A DNA stretch of 64,000 nucleotides from an uncultured Solirubrobacteraceae bacterium (GCA_964588985.1 CAZPQW010000019.1:1-64000); one strand, 5' to 3'. Counted from the stretch's first letter, positions 40,995-51,020 are shown. A program made the numbers and translations. Notes: a model not told the origin generated them from the letters alone.

Positions 40995-41780
40995 ATGGCA
41001 AGCGACAAGGTCCTCTACGCCGTCGACGAGAGCGGGATCGCGACGATCACGCTCAACGACCCGGACACGCGCAACGCGCTCTCCGCGGAGCTGCTCGGTG
41101 GGTTGATCGAGTACTTCAAGCGCGCACGCGACGAGCCCGAGGTGCGCTGCGTGGTGCTGCGCTCCTCGCACGAGAAGACGTTCTCCTCCGGCGCCAACCT
41201 AGGCGGCTTCGCGGGCGACGACTCGCTCGTACACAAGCACTTCGGCTCGGAGCACTTCGTCGGCCTGTTCAAGCTGATCGGCGAGCTCGGCAAGCCGACG
41301 GTCTGCGCCGCGCGCGGCCACGTGCTCGCGGGCGCGCTCGGGATCGCGCTCGCGTGTGACCTGATCGTCGCGACCGAGGACGCCACGTTCGGCACGCCCG
41401 AGATCAACATCGGCACGTTCCCGTTCATGATCATGGCGCTCATCTATCGCAACGTCCCGCGCAAGAAGGCCAACGAGCTGCTCCTGTTGGGCGAGCGCTG
41501 GAGCGCCGAGCAGGCTCTCGCCGCGGGGATCGTCAACCGCGTCGTGCCGGCCGGTGAGCTCGACGGCGCGGTGGCGGAGTGGGCGGGCAAGCTCGCAGGC
41601 AAGTCGCCGGTGATCATGCGCCTGGGCAAGGAGGCGATGCGCCGCCAGCTGGACATGCCGCTCGACGACGCGCTCGACTACCTGCGCGCGCAGCTCAGCC
41701 TGGCGCTTTCGACGGAAGACATAGTGGAGGGCGTCACCGCGTTCTTCGAGAAGCGCGACCCGCAGTGGAAAGGCCGCTGA
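40995..41780 (+). CDS. Enoyl-CoA hydratase/isomerase
   Basis: FSSGANL, LAGALGIALACD, FGTPEI. Confidence 0.9.
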   Translation: MASDKVLYAVDESGIATITLNDPDTRNALSAELLGGLIEYFKRARDEPEVRCVVLRSSHEKTFSSGANLGGFAGDDSLVHKHFGSEHFVGLFKLIGELGKPTVCAARGHVLAGALGIALACDLIVATEDATFGTPEINIGTFPFMIMALIYRNVPRKKANELLLLGERWSAEQALAAGIVNRVVPAGELDGAVAEWAGKLAGKSPVIMRLGKEAMRRQLDMPLDDALDYLRAQLSLALSTEDIVEGVTAFFEKRDPQWKGR

Positions 41781-43366
41781 TGAGCACCAAGGAGACCAGC
41801 GCGCCGGAGACGGTTTCGATGCTGCGCCCGCTTGTGGAGGATCTGGAAGCACGCCGCGAGCGCATCAGGCTCGGCGGCGGCGAGGAGAAGATCGCCGCGC
41901 AGCACGAGCGCGAAAAGCTCACCGCGCGCGAGCGCATCGCGCTGCTCATAGACGAGGGCACGTTCGTCGAGCTGGGCATCCACGGCAAACCGCACTTCTC
42001 CCAGCGCGCGATGGACGGCGTCGACGCACCCGCCGACGGCGTGATCACCGGCTACGGCAAGGTCGACGGCCGGCTGACCGCCGTGTGCGCATACGACTTC
42101 ACCGTGATGGCCGGCTCGATGGGCATGACCGGTGAGATCAAGGTCACGCGCCTGCGCGAGCTGGCGCTGACCAAGCGGATGCCGTTCGTGTGGCTGCTCG
42201 ACTCGGCCGGCGCACGCGTGCAGGAGGCCGCCGGCGCGCTGTTCGCCGGCTCCGGGCACCTGTTCCGCGAGGAGGTCGTGATGAGCGGCGTGATCCCGCA
42301 GGTCGCCGCGCTGATGGGCCCGTGCGCCGCCGGCACCGCCTACATCCCCGGCCTCGCGGACTTCGTGCCGATGGTCAAGGGCCGCGGCTCGATGGCGCTC
42401 GCCGGGCCGCACCTCGTCAAAGCGGCGGTCGGCGAGGACGTCACCCAGGAGGAACTCGGTGGCTCGCGCGTGCACTGCCGCAAGTCGGGCGTGGGGGACT
42501 TGGAGGTCGCAAACGACGAGGAGTGCATCGAGCGGATCAAGCAGTACCTCTCCTACATGCCTCAGAACTGCGAAGAGCGCGCCCCGATCCGCGCCGCGGC
42601 CGACCCGATCGACCGCCGCGAGGAGGACCTCCTCGACGTGCTGCCCGAGTCCAACCGCAAGCCGTATGACATGTACGAGGTGATCAAGCGGATCGTCGAC
42701 GACGGCGAGTACTTCGACATGAAGGGCCAGTGGGCGAAGACGATCATCACGTGCTTCGCGCGCTTCGGCGGGCGGCCAGCGGGGATCGTCGCCAACCAGC
42801 CCAAGCAGCTCGGCGGCATCCTCGACAACGACTCCGCCGACAAGGCCGCGCGCTTCGTCAACCTCTGCAACGCGTTCGCGATCCCGCTCGTGTTCATCCA
42901 GGACGTGCCCGGCTTCATGGTCGGCACGAAGGTCGAGGCCGAAGGCATCATCCGACACGGCGCGAAGATGCTCTACGCGGTCGCCAACGCCACCGTGCCG
43001 AAGATCACCGTGATCACGCGCAAGGCCTACGGCGCGGGCTACTACGTCATGAACGGCCGCGCCTTTGAGCCGGACCTGATCGTCGCGTGGCCGAGCGCCG
43101 AGATCAGCGTGATGGGCGCCGAGGGCGTGGTGGAGATCGCGTTCCGCAAGCAGGTCGAAGCGGCCGAGGACCCCGCCGCGAAGAAGGCCGAGCTGGTCGA
43201 GGGCTTTCGCAAGATCTTCGAGGTCTACGGTGCCGCCGCCAACGATGTCATCGACGACGTCATCGACCCGCGCGAGACGCGCGAGACGATCTGCCGAGCG
43301 CTGGAGATGTCGGAGAACAAGAAAATCGAGCGGCCGTGGAAGCGGCAAGGAGTCGTACCGGTATGA
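41780..43366 (+). CDS. Acyl-CoA carboxylase carboxyltransferase (beta) subunit
   Basis: TARERI, DSAGAR.QE, GPCAAG, DVPGFMVG, RKAYGAG, IDPRETR. Confidence 0.93.
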   Translation: MSTKETSAPETVSMLRPLVEDLEARRERIRLGGGEEKIAAQHEREKLTARERIALLIDEGTFVELGIHGKPHFSQRAMDGVDAPADGVITGYGKVDGRLTAVCAYDFTVMAGSMGMTGEIKVTRLRELALTKRMPFVWLLDSAGARVQEAAGALFAGSGHLFREEVVMSGVIPQVAALMGPCAAGTAYIPGLADFVPMVKGRGSMALAGPHLVKAAVGEDVTQEELGGSRVHCRKSGVGDLEVANDEECIERIKQYLSYMPQNCEERAPIRAAADPIDRREEDLLDVLPESNRKPYDMYEVIKRIVDDGEYFDMKGQWAKTIITCFARFGGRPAGIVANQPKQLGGILDNDSADKAARFVNLCNAFAIPLVFIQDVPGFMVGTKVEAEGIIRHGAKMLYAVANATVPKITVITRKAYGAGYYVMNGRAFEPDLIVAWPSAEISVMGAEGVVEIAFRKQVEAAEDPAAKKAELVEGFRKIFEVYGAAANDVIDDVIDPRETRETICRALEMSENKKIERPWKRQGVVPV

Positions 43367-44226
43367 GCCTCGACCACCCAGTCGTCATCACCTGCTCGAT
43401 CTCGGGGGCGATCGCCAACCGCGAGCAGTGCCCCGCGATCCCCTATACGCCCGAGGAGTACGCCGCGGAGGCGCGGCGGATCGTGGACGAGGGCGGCGTG
43501 CACATCCACATCCACGCGCGCAAACCCGACGGGACCCCGTCGTATGAGATCGAGGACTTCCAGGCGATCACCGACGCGATTCGCGGCGAGGTGGGAGACG
43601 CGGCGATCATCAACTTCTCCACCGGCACGATCGGCGTGCCGGTCGCCAAGCGCATCGAATACCTGCGTGCGTGCCCTCCCGAAGTGGCCGCGCTGAACAT
43701 GGGCTCGATGAACTACGCCAAGTACTCCAAGTCGCGCAAGCAGTTCGTCTTCTCGATGGTCTTCGAGAACCCGTTCCCGGAGATCATCGAGCTGCTCGAG
43801 GCGATGAACGAGCTGAACATCAAACCCGAGCACGAGTGCTTCGACATCGGCCACGTCGGCAGCCTCGCGCCGCTGATCGACATGGGCGTGCTCAAAACCC
43901 CGCTGCACGTGGACTGCGTGATGGGCGTCGTGGGGGGTATCCCGCCGACCGCACGCAACCTCGCCGCGATGGTCGACAACATCCCCGAGGGTTCCCATTG
44001 GGGCGTGATCGGCATCTCGCGCGACCAGTGGATGCTCGTGTCCGCTGCGCTCACGCTCGGCGGCTCGATCCGCGTCGGCCTCGAGGACAACCTGTACCTG
44101 CCGAACGGCGAGATGGCGAAGTCCAACGGCGAGCTGATCGCCAAGGCCAGGCAGATGACAGAAGACATGGGTCGCCGTCCCGCCACGGTTGAGGAGGCGC
44201 GCGCGATGCTGGGGATCGTCCGATGA
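43363..44226 (+). CDS. Beta-keto acid cleavage enzyme (BKACE/Kce family)
   Basis: ITC.ISG, HIHAR, STG, KPEHECFD, RVGLEDN. Confidence 0.92.
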   Translation: MSLDHPVVITCSISGAIANREQCPAIPYTPEEYAAEARRIVDEGGVHIHIHARKPDGTPSYEIEDFQAITDAIRGEVGDAAIINFSTGTIGVPVAKRIEYLRACPPEVAALNMGSMNYAKYSKSRKQFVFSMVFENPFPEIIELLEAMNELNIKPEHECFDIGHVGSLAPLIDMGVLKTPLHVDCVMGVVGGIPPTARNLAAMVDNIPEGSHWGVIGISRDQWMLVSAALTLGGSIRVGLEDNLYLPNGEMAKSNGELIAKARQMTEDMGRRPATVEEARAMLGIVR

Positions 44227-45473
44227 GCCTGCCGCTGGAGGGCGTGCGCGTCCTCGACCTCTCCCGTTTGCTGCCGGGCGGCTTCTGCTCGCTGCTGCTC
44301 GCCGACTTCGGCGCGGATGTGCTGAAGGTGGAGGACACCGGCATGGGCGACTACATCCGTTGGTCGCCCCCCTACTACGAGGGCGCGCACGACAGCGCCA
44401 AGTCCGCGCTGTTCCTGTCGCTCAACCGCAACAAGCGCTCGATCCGCCTGGACCTGAAGAACGACCGCGGCCGCGAGGCGCTGCTGCGCTTGGTGCGCGA
44501 ACACGACGTGGTGCTCGAGTCCTTCCGCCCGGGCGTGCTCGACCGGCTCGGCGTCGGCTACGAGCGGATGCGCGAGGAGAACCCCGGGATCGTCTACTGC
44601 GCGATCTCCGGCTACGGCCAGGACGGTCCCAAGCGCGACGCCTCCGGGCACGACATGAACTACCTCGGCCTGATCGGCCTGCTCGGACTGACAGGCGAGC
44701 GCGGCGGCGAGCCGGTGCAGGCCGCCGGGCAGATCGCCGACCTCGGCGGCGGCGCTCTGATGGCGGCGTTCGGGATCATGGCCGCGCTGCGCGAGCGCGA
44801 CGGCGGTCCGGGCCGTCCGGGCTCCGGCGAGGGGCAGATGGTGGACGTGTCGATGGCCGATGGCGCGCTGTCGTGGCTTGCGATGGTCGCGGGCGCGTAC
44901 TTCGCCGACGGCACCGTCCCGGCCCGGGGGGAGCTGCCATTGGCCGGCTCCTTGATCTGTTACCGCCCGTATGAGTGCTCCGACGGCTGGGTGTCGCTCG
45001 GTGCGCTCGAGCCGAAGTTCTGGCAGGCGTGGTGCCGCGGGGTGGGGCGAGAGGACCTGATCGCTGTCCAGTTCGAACGCCCCGGCTCAGACGCCCACGG
45101 ACAGGTCAAGGAGATCTTCGCGTCGCGGACGCGCGCCGAATGGGAGGCGTTCGCGCAGAAGCACGACTGCTGCCTGGAGCCGGTGCTCGAGCTGGACGAG
45201 GCGCTCGAGTCCGAGCTCGTGCGCGAGCGTGGAATGGTCGTCGAGCTCGACCAGCCCGGCGCGACGCAGCCGGTGCGCCAGCTGGGCGTGCCGGTCAAGC
45301 TGGGTCGCACGCCCGGCGAGCATGCGCGTTTGCCCGGCCCCGAGCTGGGCGAGCACACCGAGGAGGTCCTGCTCGCCGCCGGCTACAGCGAGGCGGAGGT
45401 CGCCGAGCTGCTGGACTGCGGCGCGGCGGCCGCGTCGGCCGCGTCTCATCAGGGCGTCACGTTCAGGGCGTGA
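44223..45473 (+). CDS. CaiB/BaiF family III CoA transferase
   Basis: LDLSRLLPG, NRNKRS, ESFRPGV, GHDMNY. Confidence 0.93.
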   Translation: MSLPLEGVRVLDLSRLLPGGFCSLLLADFGADVLKVEDTGMGDYIRWSPPYYEGAHDSAKSALFLSLNRNKRSIRLDLKNDRGREALLRLVREHDVVLESFRPGVLDRLGVGYERMREENPGIVYCAISGYGQDGPKRDASGHDMNYLGLIGLLGLTGERGGEPVQAAGQIADLGGGALMAAFGIMAALRERDGGPGRPGSGEGQMVDVSMADGALSWLAMVAGAYFADGTVPARGELPLAGSLICYRPYECSDGWVSLGALEPKFWQAWCRGVGREDLIAVQFERPGSDAHGQVKEIFASRTRAEWEAFAQKHDCCLEPVLELDEALESELVRERGMVVELDQPGATQPVRQLGVPVKLGRTPGEHARLPGPELGEHTEEVLLAAGYSEAEVAELLDCGAAAASAASHQGVTFRA

Positions 45474-45477
45474 GCTG

Positions 45478-46197
45478 ATGGCTGGCGTGCAGGAGCGGCC
45501 ACTGCTGAAGATGAGCGAGCTGGCGGAGCGCTCGGGGGTGAGCCCGGGGACGATCCGCTACTACCTGCGCGAGGGGCTGCTCGGCGAGGGCGCAGACGTG
45601 GTGCGGACGAGCCGCAACATGGCCTACTACCCGCCCGAGTACGTCGAGCGGATCGTGCTGATCAAGCGCCTGCAGGAGGAGCGCTTCATGCCGCTGCGCG
45701 TGATCAAGGGCGCACTCGAGCAGGACCCCGAGCGCGTGCGCGCGCTGATGGAGCTCGAGGATCGCATCCTCGAGCGGGCTCTCGAGACCGTCGAGGACCA
45801 GAGCCGGATCTCGCGGAAGCTCGTGGAGGAGCGCTACGGCATCCCGCGCAACGCGCTCGACCGACTCGCGGACATCGGAGTGCTCACGCCCAGCAAGCGC
45901 GGCTATGACCGCGACGACGTGAAGATCATCGAGGCGATCGCGAACTTCCGCGCGGGCGGATACGACGAGGCGCTCGGGTTCACCGTGTACGACACGCTGC
46001 TCTACCGCGAGGCGCTCGAGCCGCTCGTGGAGGAAGAGGTCAACTCGCTGCTCGGCAAGCTCGCCGGCGAGGTCGAGATCGACCGCGCGATGGAGATCGT
46101 CGCCGCCGGCGTCGAGCCCCTGCGCGAGTTGATCGGCGCTATGCACTCCAAGCTGCTGCTGGCGGCGTTGCGCAGGCACCGGGGGCGCGAGGGCTGA
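45478..46197 (+). CDS. MerR-family transcriptional regulator
   Basis: KMSELAERSGVS.GTIRYYLREGLL. Confidence 0.9.
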   Translation: MAGVQERPLLKMSELAERSGVSPGTIRYYLREGLLGEGADVVRTSRNMAYYPPEYVERIVLIKRLQEERFMPLRVIKGALEQDPERVRALMELEDRILERALETVEDQSRISRKLVEERYGIPRNALDRLADIGVLTPSKRGYDRDDVKIIEAIANFRAGGYDEALGFTVYDTLLYREALEPLVEEEVNSLLGKLAGEVEIDRAMEIVAAGVEPLRELIGAMHSKLLLAALRRHRGREG

Positions 46198-46287
46198 CGG
46201 GAAGCAGGCCCGGACGGACGGACGCGGCACCGGGGGTGGGCATCTTTGGACAGGTGGCCATGTAGCCGCACATACCTCAGAGGGACG

Positions 46288-46650
46288 ATGCCTGGTATGG
46301 CTCTCAGGCCCCTATCCGCGCAGGAGCTGGCCGACACGCCGACGCTCTTCGCCAGTTTCATGGGCTACATGGGCACGAGCTACAAGACGCTCGGTCAGTT
46401 GCGCGACATATATCAGCAGCGCAGCAAGGCGCTCCGCGCGGCGGGGGATCCGGACGACGATTTGCGCGTCGACCGCTTCATCGCCGATATGGAAGGCCGC
46501 AGGTGGAGATCCGACTTGGTGATGCGGATCGGCGAGTTCGACGGCACCGTGCTCGTGGTCGACGGCATCCACCGCGCGATCGCGTACCTGACGTGCATCG
46601 AGCTGGGGATCGGGGCCGACAGGCTGCCGGCGCTGCACGTGGACTGCTAG
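46288..46650 (+). CDS. Small protein with ParB/Srx-like motif
   Basis: LVVDGIHRAIA (DGxHR). Confidence 0.55.
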   Translation: MPGMALRPLSAQELADTPTLFASFMGYMGTSYKTLGQLRDIYQQRSKALRAAGDPDDDLRVDRFIADMEGRRWRSDLVMRIGEFDGTVLVVDGIHRAIAYLTCIELGIGADRLPALHVDC

Positions 46651-46719
46651 CCAAGCCAGAGGTCTGCCAATGGCGAGAGTGGCTGTCAAGCGATACCGTC
46701 TTTAGGACGGACGGCACTA

Positions 46720-46896
46720 ATGGCTAAAAACGAATCAACACAAATCACCAAGCGTGAGCTTCGCGACGCGGAGCTTCAGATGACCGGGAGACCGCCTGCA
46801 TCGGCCATTGGGATGATCGGGTTCGTGCCCGCAGCCCCGATGTTCAATGGCGGACATGCCGGTTCAAATAGCTCCCCGCAAGTCGACAAGTCTTAA
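46720..46896 (+). CDS. Small 58-aa hypothetical peptide (not in ORF track)
   Basis: ATG...TAA: MAKNESTQITKRELRDAELQMTGRPPASAIGMIGFVPAAPMFNGGHAGSNSSPQVDKS; AGGA upstream. Confidence 0.4.
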   Translation: MAKNESTQITKRELRDAELQMTGRPPASAIGMIGFVPAAPMFNGGHAGSNSSPQVDKS

Positions 46897-46920
46897 CGCG
46901 TCGCGTCCCGGTGCCGGGCA

Positions 46921-47787
46921 CTACCAGCGCGCTCTGTGGTGCTCCACGACCCCGAGCCCCCGCGCCAGCTCGATTCCGCCCGGGAGCATCCCCGAGAACG
47001 TCCCGAACGGCGCGCGGTAGTCGCTGCTGAGGATCAACAGGTTGTCGTGCCGGGCACGTTCCGTCTCCGCCACGAAGCGCAGCTCGGATCCGTCCTCGCA
47101 GTCAATGCTCGACAGATCCGTCGCGAAGCTGACGGGCGGCGTCTCCGACGGGCGCCCGTCGACCCACACCGCCCGCTCGCTCCCCTGCGGCGGGTCATTC
47201 ACGCCGCTGACGAGGTTCCACGCGAGCGCCACGCCATCTGGACCTTCGCCTACCCCAGCGGTCCACCACCACTCGGTCTCGCGCGCGTGATGTCCGGCGG
47301 TGTCGTCAATCACGGCGAGCGCGTCGATGCTCCGCGGCGGACCGCCGTCGATCGTGAGCGTGCCGTGTGCTCGCACGCCCGCCTGCTTGCGCGTCCACAC
47401 CTCCGCGCTTCCGTGCGGACAGAGCGCTTCGATCGGCGCTCCTTCGTCGAGCTGCAGGTCGAGCTCCACGCCACGGTCGCGCACCCGGAGTCGTCCAGGC
47501 ACAGGCTCGACCCCATTCCCGGCGAGCCGTCCGTTTACGAGCTCGACCTCCCGCTTGCGCGGTAGCAGCCGCGTGCGCTCCCGCTCGACCGACCCATCGC
47601 GCAGGTGCAGCGCCCAGAAGGACTGCCGCGCCGGGCCGATCTGCACGAGCGCAGCGCACGCCATCAGCTCCTCGCTGAACACGCCCACATATCGCCAACG
47701 CTTCAGCGGACGCGAACCGCGAAACAGCCGCGCGGGTATCGGGTGGAGTCGCGTCCCAGCGCTTGCGCCCTGCTCGGCGCCAGTTAT
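46921..47787 (-). CDS. DUF2804-like protein (start uncertain, no ATG/GTG/TTG near the expected N-terminus)
   Basis: KRWRYVGVF, WTRKQ, DDTAGHH.RET.W.W, SDYRAPFGTF, EHHRARW. Confidence 0.7.
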   Translation of the reverse strand: MTGAEQGASAGTRLHPIPARLFRGSRPLKRWRYVGVFSEELMACAALVQIGPARQSFWALHLRDGSVERERTRLLPRKREVELVNGRLAGNGVEPVPGRLRVRDRGVELDLQLDEGAPIEALCPHGSAEVWTRKQAGVRAHGTLTIDGGPPRSIDALAVIDDTAGHHARETEWWWTAGVGEGPDGVALAWNLVSGVNDPPQGSERAVWVDGRPSETPPVSFATDLSSIDCEDGSELRFVAETERARHDNLLILSSDYRAPFGTFSGMLPGGIELARGLGVVEHHRARW

Positions 47788-47797
47788 GCTTCGCGAT

Positions 47798-47815
47798 ATT
47801 GACTGACCAGTCAAT
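47798..47815. promoter_or_regulatory. Palindrome ATTGACTG-AC-CAGTCAAT (candidate TetR operator)
   Basis: Perfect 8-bp arms between divergent genes; TetR lies two genes downstream. Confidence 0.75.
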
Positions 47816-47831
47816 CTATTCTGAGGCTCAA

Positions 47832-48674
47832 GTGGGTGCGCTTTTGAAGGTCGCTGCAGTCCAGCTGAACTCCACCGCCGATCCGGCCGCCAACACCGCC
47901 GTCGCCGAGCGCCTGGTGCGCGCCGCGGCGGCCGATGGCGCACAGCTGATCGTACTCCCCGAGAAGTGGACCGCGATGGGCTCGGACGAGGAGCAGCGCG
48001 CGGCGGCTCAGCCGCTCGACGGCCCGGCGGTGACTTGGGCGCGCGCGCTCGCACGCGAGCTGAAGGTGGATCTGGTCGCCGGATCGATCTTGGAGGTCGT
48101 GTCCGGCCAGGAGAAGCTGTCGAACACCTCCGTGCACGTAGATCCGCAGGGGGAGGTCAAGGCGGTGTACCGCAAGGTGCACATGTTTGACGTGGAAGTC
48201 GGGGGCCGCGTGTATCGCGAGTCCGATCTCGAGCAGCCGGGCGATGAGATCGTGGTCTCGCAGACCGCCGACGGCGTCGAGCTGGGCATGTCGATCTGCT
48301 ACGACCTGCGCTTCCCCGAGCTGTATCGGATCCTCGCGGTGCGCGGCGCGCGCACGATCGCGCTGCCGGCGGCGTTCACGCTGGCAACCACGCGCGACCA
48401 CTGGGAGGTGCTCGTGCGGGCGCGCGCGGTCGAGAACCAGGCGTTCGTGATCGCGGCCAACCAGGTGGGCGCGCACCCCGGGGGGATGCACTCGGGCGGG
48501 CGCTCGATGATCGTGGACCCGTGGGGCGTGGTGCTCGCGCAGGCCCCCGACCGCGAGAGCCACATCGTGGCCGAGCTGGACTACGAGCAGCAGAGCGAGA
48601 TCCGCGGCCGTCTGCCCTCGCTCGCGAATCGCCAGCCGGGCGCGTATCGCTGGCCGCGGGAGGCGGGAGCGTGA
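47832..48674 (+). CDS. Carbon-nitrogen hydrolase (Nit1/amidase-like)
   Basis: LPE, YRKVH.FD, ICYDLRFPE catalytic E-K-C. Confidence 0.92.
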   Translation: MGALLKVAAVQLNSTADPAANTAVAERLVRAAAADGAQLIVLPEKWTAMGSDEEQRAAAQPLDGPAVTWARALARELKVDLVAGSILEVVSGQEKLSNTSVHVDPQGEVKAVYRKVHMFDVEVGGRVYRESDLEQPGDEIVVSQTADGVELGMSICYDLRFPELYRILAVRGARTIALPAAFTLATTRDHWEVLVRARAVENQAFVIAANQVGAHPGGMHSGGRSMIVDPWGVVLAQAPDRESHIVAELDYEQQSEIRGRLPSLANRQPGAYRWPREAGA

Positions 48675-49318
48675 GCGCGGGACAGCAGCCGGTGGCCGGC
48701 TCGAGGGCCGCGGACAAGCGCCGGCTGATCCTCGATGCGGCAGTGCGCGTGTTCGCCCGTCAGGGGTTCCACGCCTGTCGGGTGTCGGACATCGCGGACG
48801 AGGCGAAGGTCGCCTACGGTCTCGTCTACCACTACTTCGGCTCCAAGGACGAGGTGCTCGACACGCTGTTCCTCGAGCGTTGGAACGTGATGCTTACGCT
48901 GATCCGTGAGGTCGACTCCGAGCCGATTCCGGTGCGCGAGAAGCTGCTGTCGATCGCGTCGTTCATCGTCGACAGCTACCGCCACGACCCCGACCTGATG
49001 AAGGTGATCATCGTGGAGGTCACGCGTGCGGCGAACTCGTTCGGGCAGACCCACATCGGGCACATCCGCGAGGCCTACGAGCTGATCGGCGAGATCGTCG
49101 TCAAGGCGCAGGCCGAGGGCGTGTTCAAGCCGGAGATCGAAGCGCGCTTCGCGGCGATGGCGTTTTACGGCGCAATCGAGCAGCTGCTCACCGGCTGGAT
49201 CTTCGACCTGCTGCCGCAGGGCGAGGAGTACTTCGAGCGCGCCAAGTGGCTCGTCGTCGAGACCGTGTGCGGGGGCCTCGAGGTCCCCACCCGCGTTGGC
49301 GACCACGGTGGGGAATAG
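48671..49318 (+). CDS. TetR/AcrR-family regulator
   Basis: ILDAAVRVFARQGF...IADEA.V..GLVYHYF.SK. Confidence 0.93.
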   Translation: MSAGQQPVAGSRAADKRRLILDAAVRVFARQGFHACRVSDIADEAKVAYGLVYHYFGSKDEVLDTLFLERWNVMLTLIREVDSEPIPVREKLLSIASFIVDSYRHDPDLMKVIIVEVTRAANSFGQTHIGHIREAYELIGEIVVKAQAEGVFKPEIEARFAAMAFYGAIEQLLTGWIFDLLPQGEEYFERAKWLVVETVCGGLEVPTRVGDHGGE

Positions 49319-49328
49319 ACTCACGGCC

Positions 49329-49463
49329 ATGGAGAACGAGATGGTCAAGCGACTGATGTGGTCGGGTCTGCTGGCTGGCGTGAGCGCGCTGGCGAGCGTC
49401 GCGGCCAACCGCGTCGCAGGCGTGATCTGGCGGCGCCTGTTCGACGAGGAGCCACCCGAGTGA
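49329..49463 (+). CDS. Small membrane protein (DUF4235-like), not in ORF track
   Basis: MENEMVKRLMWSGLLAGVSALASVAANRVAGVIWRRLFDEEPPE; GTGA overlap with the next gene. Confidence 0.7.
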   Translation: MENEMVKRLMWSGLLAGVSALASVAANRVAGVIWRRLFDEEPPE

Positions 49464-49921
49464 GCGAGTCTCAGCCGCCGCCCGTCGGCGAGCAGGGTGG
49501 GGCCCAGCCACCGCAGAACATCGCCGCCGCGATCGCGGAGGTATCGGAGCGTGCGACGCTGCTCGTGCGCGAGGAGATCGAGCTCGCGAAGGCCGAGGTG
49601 AGCGAAAAGGCGACCAAGCTCGTCAAGGGCGCCGTCGTCGGCATCGCCGCGGGCGTGTTCTTCCTGACCGCGCTGATCTTTGTGCTGGTCGGCTGCGCGT
49701 GGCTGCTCTACTACTACCTACCGGTCGGCGACTTCGCCTACTTCTGGGGTTTCTTCGCGATGGCCGCGATCCTCGTGGTGCTCGGCGTGCTCGCCGGACT
49801 GATCGCCGCCCGAGCCGTCAAAAAAGGCTCGCCGCCCGTGCCGAGCATGGCGATCGAGGAGGCGCGCAAGATTCGCGAGGCCGTCGGTCCGAACCCGAGC
49901 GCCGACGGAGGTGCGAGCTGA
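49460..49921 (+). CDS. Actinobacterial holin-like (YqjE/Phage_holin_3_6) membrane protein
   Basis: LVREEIELAKAE followed by two TM helices and P.P. Confidence 0.8.
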   Translation: MSESQPPPVGEQGGAQPPQNIAAAIAEVSERATLLVREEIELAKAEVSEKATKLVKGAVVGIAAGVFFLTALIFVLVGCAWLLYYYLPVGDFAYFWGFFAMAAILVVLGVLAGLIAARAVKKGSPPVPSMAIEEARKIREAVGPNPSADGGAS

Positions 49922-50130
49922 TGCCACAACGGTCGCCCGAGGAGATCCGCAACTCGATCGAGGCCAACCGCATGGAGCTTGCGGTGTCGGTGGAGAAGCT
50001 GCGCGGCGAGGTCGTGCGCATCACCGACTGGCGCGCGCACGTGGAGCGCCACCGCAGCGAACTGACGGTCGCGGGCGCGGTCGTCGGGCTCATCATCACC
50101 CGGCGCATCCTGCGCCGTCGCCGCCGCTAG
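49921..50130 (+). CDS. DUF3618-like small protein
   Basis: RSPEEIR..IE..R.ELA.SV..L; TM plus RRRRR tail. Confidence 0.75.
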   Translation: MPQRSPEEIRNSIEANRMELAVSVEKLRGEVVRITDWRAHVERHRSELTVAGAVVGLIITRRILRRRRR

Positions 50131-50143
50131 CCCGACATCCGAC

Positions 50144-51007
50144 TCAGGCCAGCAGCGAGCGTGGGATCGCGCCCACGCCGATCAGCCCCGGGCCGGTGTA
50201 GGTGCCGATCACCGGCCCGACCTCCGAGGTGAACACGGGCTCCGAGTCGAAGATCTCGCGGCAGCGCTCGATCAGGCGCTGGGACTGCTCGGGCGCCTGG
50301 ATGTGCTGAACCACCCATCCGTCAGCGCCCCTGTCGTGCAGCTCCTGGGCGTAGGCGACCATCCGCTCGAACGCGCGGCCGGCGGTGCGGACCCGCTCGA
50401 CGGGCACGATCTCGTACTCGAGCGAGAGGATCGGCTTGATCTTCAGCGTGCCGCCGATCCAGGCCTGCGCCTTGCCGACCCTGCCGCCGCGCTTGAGGTA
50501 CTCGAGCGTGTCGAGGCAGAACCAGATCTGCAGCGCCTTGCGCGCCTCGCGCACGCGCGCCACCACCGCGTCTTTGTCAGCGCCGGCGCGGGCGGCGGCG
50601 CAGGCGGCGAGCACGAGCAGGCCCATCCCGCCACACGCGGTTTCGCCGTCGATGACCTCCACCCGCTCGCCCAGGCCGCGCTCGGCGAGCAGGCCATGAG
50701 CCTGGCGCGCGGCCTCGCACGTTCCCGAGATCCCGCCCGCGAGGTGGATCGACACGACGTCCTGGCCGGCGTCGATCAGCGGTTCCCACACGGCCAGGAA
50801 GTCGCCGATCGACGGCTGTGACGTGGTGGGGAGTTCCGCGTCGCGGCCGAGGCGCTCGTAGAACGCGTCGAAGCCGTCCATCTCGAGCTCACGTTGGGGC
50901 TGGCTCTGCCAGCCCACGTAAAGGCTCACCTGATGCAGGCCTTCGGCCTGCGCGAGTGCGCTGGGGAGGTAGCTGGTGCTGTCGGCTGCGACCGCGACGG
51001 GAGTCAT
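50144..51007 (-). CDS. DegV/FakB-family fatty-acid-binding protein
   Basis: DST, PTTSQPS, ISGT, L.RGGR, IKPIL, GPG. Confidence 0.92.
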   Translation of the reverse strand: MTPVAVAADSTSYLPSALAQAEGLHQVSLYVGWQSQPQRELEMDGFDAFYERLGRDAELPTTSQPSIGDFLAVWEPLIDAGQDVVSIHLAGGISGTCEAARQAHGLLAERGLGERVEVIDGETACGGMGLLVLAACAAARAGADKDAVVARVREARKALQIWFCLDTLEYLKRGGRVGKAQAWIGGTLKIKPILSLEYEIVPVERVRTAGRAFERMVAYAQELHDRGADGWVVQHIQAPEQSQRLIERCREIFDSEPVFTSEVGPVIGTYTGPGLIGVGAIPRSLLA

Positions 51008-51020
51008 GCGGCGCGGGACG

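Noticed and set aside
49329-50130. Holin-like gene as a prophage marker
   Set aside because: This small-membrane-protein trio is a common chromosomal actinobacterial arrangement, and no phage genes are nearby.
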